Shown here in pieces: positions 41,292 through 44,750 of a stretch of DNA of 44,750 bases. Under the pieces are notes generated by a model. It was not told where the DNA came from. It searched no databases and saw only the letters and a list, made by a program, of their open reading frames with translations. A program made the position numbers and the translations under genes. Source of the DNA: Basidiobolus ranarum (lineage: Eukaryota); the NCBI GenBank assembly GCA_040143965.1, contig JASJQH010006904.1, positions 1 to 44,750 of the forward strand, in the 5' to 3' direction. How positions within the stretch are numbered: the first letter of the stretch is position 1; each line of letters starts with the position of its first letter.

Positions 41292-42371
41292 ATGACCATC
41301 GAGGAGCTTAATCAAACCAACGAAACTGTGAACTTAGACTGGGCTAATCTGGACTTTAGCCATCGTCCAACAAGGTGTCACATCAAGTATACTTGGCGTG
41401 AAGGAGAATGGTGTCAAGGCGAATGTGTTTTTGAACCTTACATTAAACTTCATATTGCCGCCACCGCACTTCATTACGGCCAGGAATGCTTTGAAGGGTT
41501 GAAGGCTTTTCGTGGTAAGGATGGTAAAGTGCGCATTTTCCGTGCGAGAGCAAACGCTGAGCGTATGCAACACTCGGCGAAAACCATATCTATGCAAGCA
41601 CCATCTGTGGAGATATTTGTGGAGGCTGTTGAACGTGTGGTAAAAGAAAATATGGCATACGTTCCTCCCTATGGATGTGGAGGATCTCTTTATATTCGTC
41701 CATTACTTATTGGATCCGGACCACAAGTGGGAATTCGCCCTGCCGAAGAATATACCTTCATTGTTTTCTGTGTACCGGTTGGGGACTACTACAAAGGTGG
41801 CATTAAGCCAGTGCCAGCTTTTGTTGTTGAGAACTTTGATCGTACTGCACCTCAAGGGGTGGGTTCTGCTAAAGTAGGTGGAAACTATGCCCCCTGTCTT
41901 ATTTCTAACATCGAAGCGTACAAGCAGGGATATCCAATTACATTGTTTTTGGATGCGAAAACCCATAGATATGTCGAGGAATTTGCTACCTCCAATTTCT
42001 TGGCTATCACTCATGATGACTCCAACGGGGAAAATTTCACATTAGTCACGCCCAGCTCTTCCTCCATTCTTCAATCTATCACTCGACAATCACTATGCGA
42101 GCTTGCCCAGTCATTCGGATGGAATGTTGAAGTACGCCCAGTAGCCTTCCAAGAAATCGAGGAGCACAAATTTCAAGAAATCGCGGCATGTGGTACTGCT
42201 GTAGTGGTTACACCTATTAAAAGTATTGTTCGTGGCACTAAAGTGATTGTCACAAGCGATAAAGAGGAATTGGACGTTGGCTTTCAAAGGCTATATCAAG
42301 CTGTGCGTGATATTCAGAACGGGGACATTGATGATAAGCTTGGGTGGATGACTCCAAAAGAAGGACTCTAG
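41292..42371 (+). CDS. Branched-chain amino acid aminotransferase (PLP fold type IV, IlvE-II type)
   Basis: LHYGQECFEGLKAFR, SLYIRPLLIG, PLP lysine AKVGGNYA, YVEEFATSNF, ILQSITRQS, ACGTAVVVTPI. Intronless, no presequence. Confidence 0.95.
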   Translation: MTIEELNQTNETVNLDWANLDFSHRPTRCHIKYTWREGEWCQGECVFEPYIKLHIAATALHYGQECFEGLKAFRGKDGKVRIFRARANAERMQHSAKTISMQAPSVEIFVEAVERVVKENMAYVPPYGCGGSLYIRPLLIGSGPQVGIRPAEEYTFIVFCVPVGDYYKGGIKPVPAFVVENFDRTAPQGVGSAKVGGNYAPCLISNIEAYKQGYPITLFLDAKTHRYVEEFATSNFLAITHDDSNGENFTLVTPSSSSILQSITRQSLCELAQSFGWNVEVRPVAFQEIEEHKFQEIAACGTAVVVTPIKSIVRGTKVIVTSDKEELDVGFQRLYQAVRDIQNGDIDDKLGWMTPKEGL

Positions 42372-42716
42372 ATAACATGTAATATACACCCTCCATTCAC
42401 CGTCTCCCATTCTATTTCTAATTAAAACATGATCCTTATTATAAAGCCAATTGAGAAGAGAAATTGCCTAAATGAGACGATCAATAGTAACTCCATTATA
42501 TCTTAATTAAGGGCTCATTGTAACTGAATCTGCAATTATACGTATGAAGTCAATGATTTACTGACGTTGTCGATAATTTATTTGTTTGAGGAGGTTGTTG
42601 ATGGGCGTTGGTGGCTGAGAGACATAATTTCAGGAGGATAATCGCTGATTACCGATATCTCGATCAGTATTATTCACTAGATGATCCAAAGCTGCTACAA
42701 CTGGCTCGACAACTCT

Positions 42717-42835
42717 ACGAGATATTCTGGAGATATCCTGAAATATACGAGATATTCTGATAAAATCCTGAATAACAATATAAATATACGAGATATTCTG
42801 ATGAAATCCTGAATTACACGAGAGATCCTGGATAC
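42717..42835. repeat. Degenerate minisatellite, unit ACGAGATATTCTG-N5-ATCCTGAA, about 3.5 copies
   Basis: Unit starts at 42717, 42747, 42788 and a partial at 42818. Confidence 0.8.
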
Positions 42836-43082
42836 ACATCTAGTGTTCCACAACAGTGCTCCACAACAATAACAGAAGTGAGATCATCTTTTACTAATGT
42901 TTCCTTCTCTACAGTAGGATAGGTTCTAAACCCAACAAGAGAAGGGATTGGAATACAGATTGAGGAGATGGATAATCTCCCAGAAATATTAAATAAAATA
43001 CCAAAATGTCTCTTAGTCTTTGCCGTGTTTTCAAAAAAAATATAGATTAGATATCGATTATGGGCGTAAGGGTTAGGGTTGA

Positions 43083-44618
43083 TCAGTATCTTCGTAGATC
43101 CCTTCCATTTTGCCACATTACCGAATCTAAACTATGGCCACGAAGAAGGGGCGCGGTTGAGTTCATGGGGATTGAGTCGTGGGTTTGTGGATGCTGTTCG
43201 ATGAGATGCTCAGATTGGCGACGGGTCTTGAGTCGTTCATATTCGATGTCATTTGATATCACTGAATTAGGGGTGGGTTGGAAATACACTGCGGAGGAAG
43301 ATGGTGCAGCAGAGCGTTGGTAGTGATTAATACCAACTACATATCTAGGTTGACTGTGATAGCCGTTGTCGGCGCCATCTTGATTGCGGTCTTGCTGAAG
43401 CGCTGTGTTAGTTTCATCTTCTACAATAGTAGCCAAGTGAGATTTTTCCTCTCCCAAATATTGCATATCAGCGAATGCTGCTATGAATTCTGGTGGACAC
43501 GAGTTGCGTCTAGTAGAGTTTACTAGGTGAGCACCTGATCGGTGACTATCTCCAGCTTCATTTGGCGTACGTAATCCAGGACTGATGCTTGGGCTATAAG
43601 GGTTCATGTAATTATGAACATGTTCAGGCATCGATGCTGCGGTCATGGGGGTCAATGGAGTAGCTTCAGAGCTGGTCATAATACCTGACATAGGGCTAAA
43701 TAAGTCTGTGGAGTATTCAGAGGCATCACTGGCGGACAGCGGGCCATAGTGATTGTAATCGATCTTCTGTCCTGGAAGAGAGTTTGCACGACTACGGAAA
43801 TCTTGTAGCCGACTGTCAGCTTCTCCCATCTGATTGTAACCTTGTTGGTGATAATATAATTGAGATTCTAGCGACTTCTTTCGTTGTTGTTGAAGCAATT
43901 TCTGCTGTTCACGGCGAGCTTGATGTTGGTGCAACATCATTTCATACTGTTCCGGAGTGGAAGCAATCTTTAGAGCTTCAGGGTTTGGCTTCTGCCTAGA
44001 CTTCTTAAGCATCCCTTCATGGGCGTTTGCATAGTGGGGCGCCTCTAATCCCTTGGAATTATCCCGAGAAGTAAAACAAGCATTGTTGAGATCAAAAGCT
44101 GAGAAGAGAACTGAATCTCTGGTACGGTCTAATGCCTGTGACGTTTTCTCCAAATTGGCATTCGAGTGACTTGCATCCACACCATTGGGGGTACTTGGCT
44201 CATAGTCAACTCCATTTTGCGAGAATTGATTGGGTGCATGGATGGAAGCATGTCCCATATCATCAATCTGACTTTCAGAAGTCACAATATCCCTTCCAGG
44301 ATTTTCTTCATTTGATCGTTGATTCTTGGCTTTGGCACGTCGATTTTGGAACCATACCTGAACACCTCTCGGTGTCATGCCTAATTCCTGGGCCAACTGT
44401 TTTCTCAGTACGCTGTTTGGCTTTGGATTTTCGTAAAAGGTGCGCTCCAGTACTTTGAATTGACTCTTCTTCGTTCGTTTACGTGTTTTCACCTCAAACG
44501 GATTGTAAAAGGAAGTACGAAACTCCCCGTGTGGCGACTGATGGAACGTCTCGAACATTGGTATATTATTAGAGTGGCCATATGGTGAAGGGCTCGACAT
44601 TGGATATCCAAAATTCAT
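43083..44618 (-). CDS. Homeodomain transcription factor (non-TALE, N-terminal homeodomain preceded by FYNPFEVK)
   Basis: FYNPFEVKTRKRTKKSQFKVLERTFYENPKPNSVLRKQLAQELGMTPRGVQVWFQNRRAKAK, followed by a long Q/S/P-rich region. Intronless, 511 aa. Confidence 0.93.
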   Translation of the reverse strand: MNFGYPMSSPSPYGHSNNIPMFETFHQSPHGEFRTSFYNPFEVKTRKRTKKSQFKVLERTFYENPKPNSVLRKQLAQELGMTPRGVQVWFQNRRAKAKNQRSNEENPGRDIVTSESQIDDMGHASIHAPNQFSQNGVDYEPSTPNGVDASHSNANLEKTSQALDRTRDSVLFSAFDLNNACFTSRDNSKGLEAPHYANAHEGMLKKSRQKPNPEALKIASTPEQYEMMLHQHQARREQQKLLQQQRKKSLESQLYYHQQGYNQMGEADSRLQDFRSRANSLPGQKIDYNHYGPLSASDASEYSTDLFSPMSGIMTSSEATPLTPMTAASMPEHVHNYMNPYSPSISPGLRTPNEAGDSHRSGAHLVNSTRRNSCPPEFIAAFADMQYLGEEKSHLATIVEDETNTALQQDRNQDGADNGYHSQPRYVVGINHYQRSAAPSSSAVYFQPTPNSVISNDIEYERLKTRRQSEHLIEQHPQTHDSIPMNSTAPLLRGHSLDSVMWQNGRDLRRY

Positions 44619-44750
44619 GGCTTTGATTCAAAGAATGTTTACACTAATACCTTGATTGTCACACTTAAATGCTCGTTTGGGTGTATGGAGCTGGAATAGA
44701 GAGGTCAAAGAAATCGCTGCCAAGAAAACTGATAGTATGAATGTGTCTTA

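Noticed and set aside
42717..42835. CRISPR-like repeat-spacer array
   Set aside because: Eukaryotic context, degenerate repeats, spacers only about 4-15 nt and AT-rich, no cas genes.
42630..43116. Minus-strand ORFs 42814-43116 and 42630-42839 as genes or frameshifted extensions of the homeobox protein
   Set aside because: Atypical composition, partly created by the minisatellite, and no slippery site or splice signal linking them.
32840..44618. The two homeobox genes as a basidiomycete-type HD1/HD2 mating-type pair
   Set aside because: Both are non-TALE WFQNRR homeodomains, convergent and more than 9 kb apart; the neighbouring peptidase is IMP1 (S26), not MIP1.

Overview
Eukaryotic, AT-rich, intron-rich fungal genomic DNA with short GT-AG introns, mostly about 55-120 nt. 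Gene content (5MP/BZW, Rac1, SLC35C1-like GDP-fucose transporter, secreted tyrosinase, Mgm101) suggests an early-diverging, non-ascomycete fungus. A Basidiobolus-like zoopagomycete is my best guess, which is inference only. I support about 20 protein-coding genes, in order: C2H2 zinc-finger TF, MGM101, CLIP-170/Bik1-like CAP-Gly protein, RSM22, BZW/5MP, RAC1, an orphan with peroxin-like motifs, an atypical FEN1/XPG nuclease, CSN2, PEX1, SPT4, a TBC Rab-GAP, CYT1, a homeobox TF, IMP1, a GDP-fucose/TPT-family transporter, a second orphan, a tyrosinase, a class-IV branched-chain aminotransferase and a second homeobox TF. SPT4 and IMP1 are absent from the ORF track and MGM101 appears only as a fragment; I reconstructed all three by manual splicing. 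Most notable observations: (1) an orphan protein with three WxxxF/Y motifs and a C-terminal PTS2-like nonapeptide, a candidate undescribed peroxisomal import factor; (2) the poor UUU-AUG context of BZW/5MP, consistent with autoregulation; (3) a spliced pseudogene divergent from a homeobox gene within a homeobox-IMP1-TPT neighbourhood; (4) recurrent telomere-type motifs (AAGGGTTAGGGTT three times, (CCCTAA)3) in the right third of the window. I found no tRNA, rRNA, CRISPR array or intact transposon.
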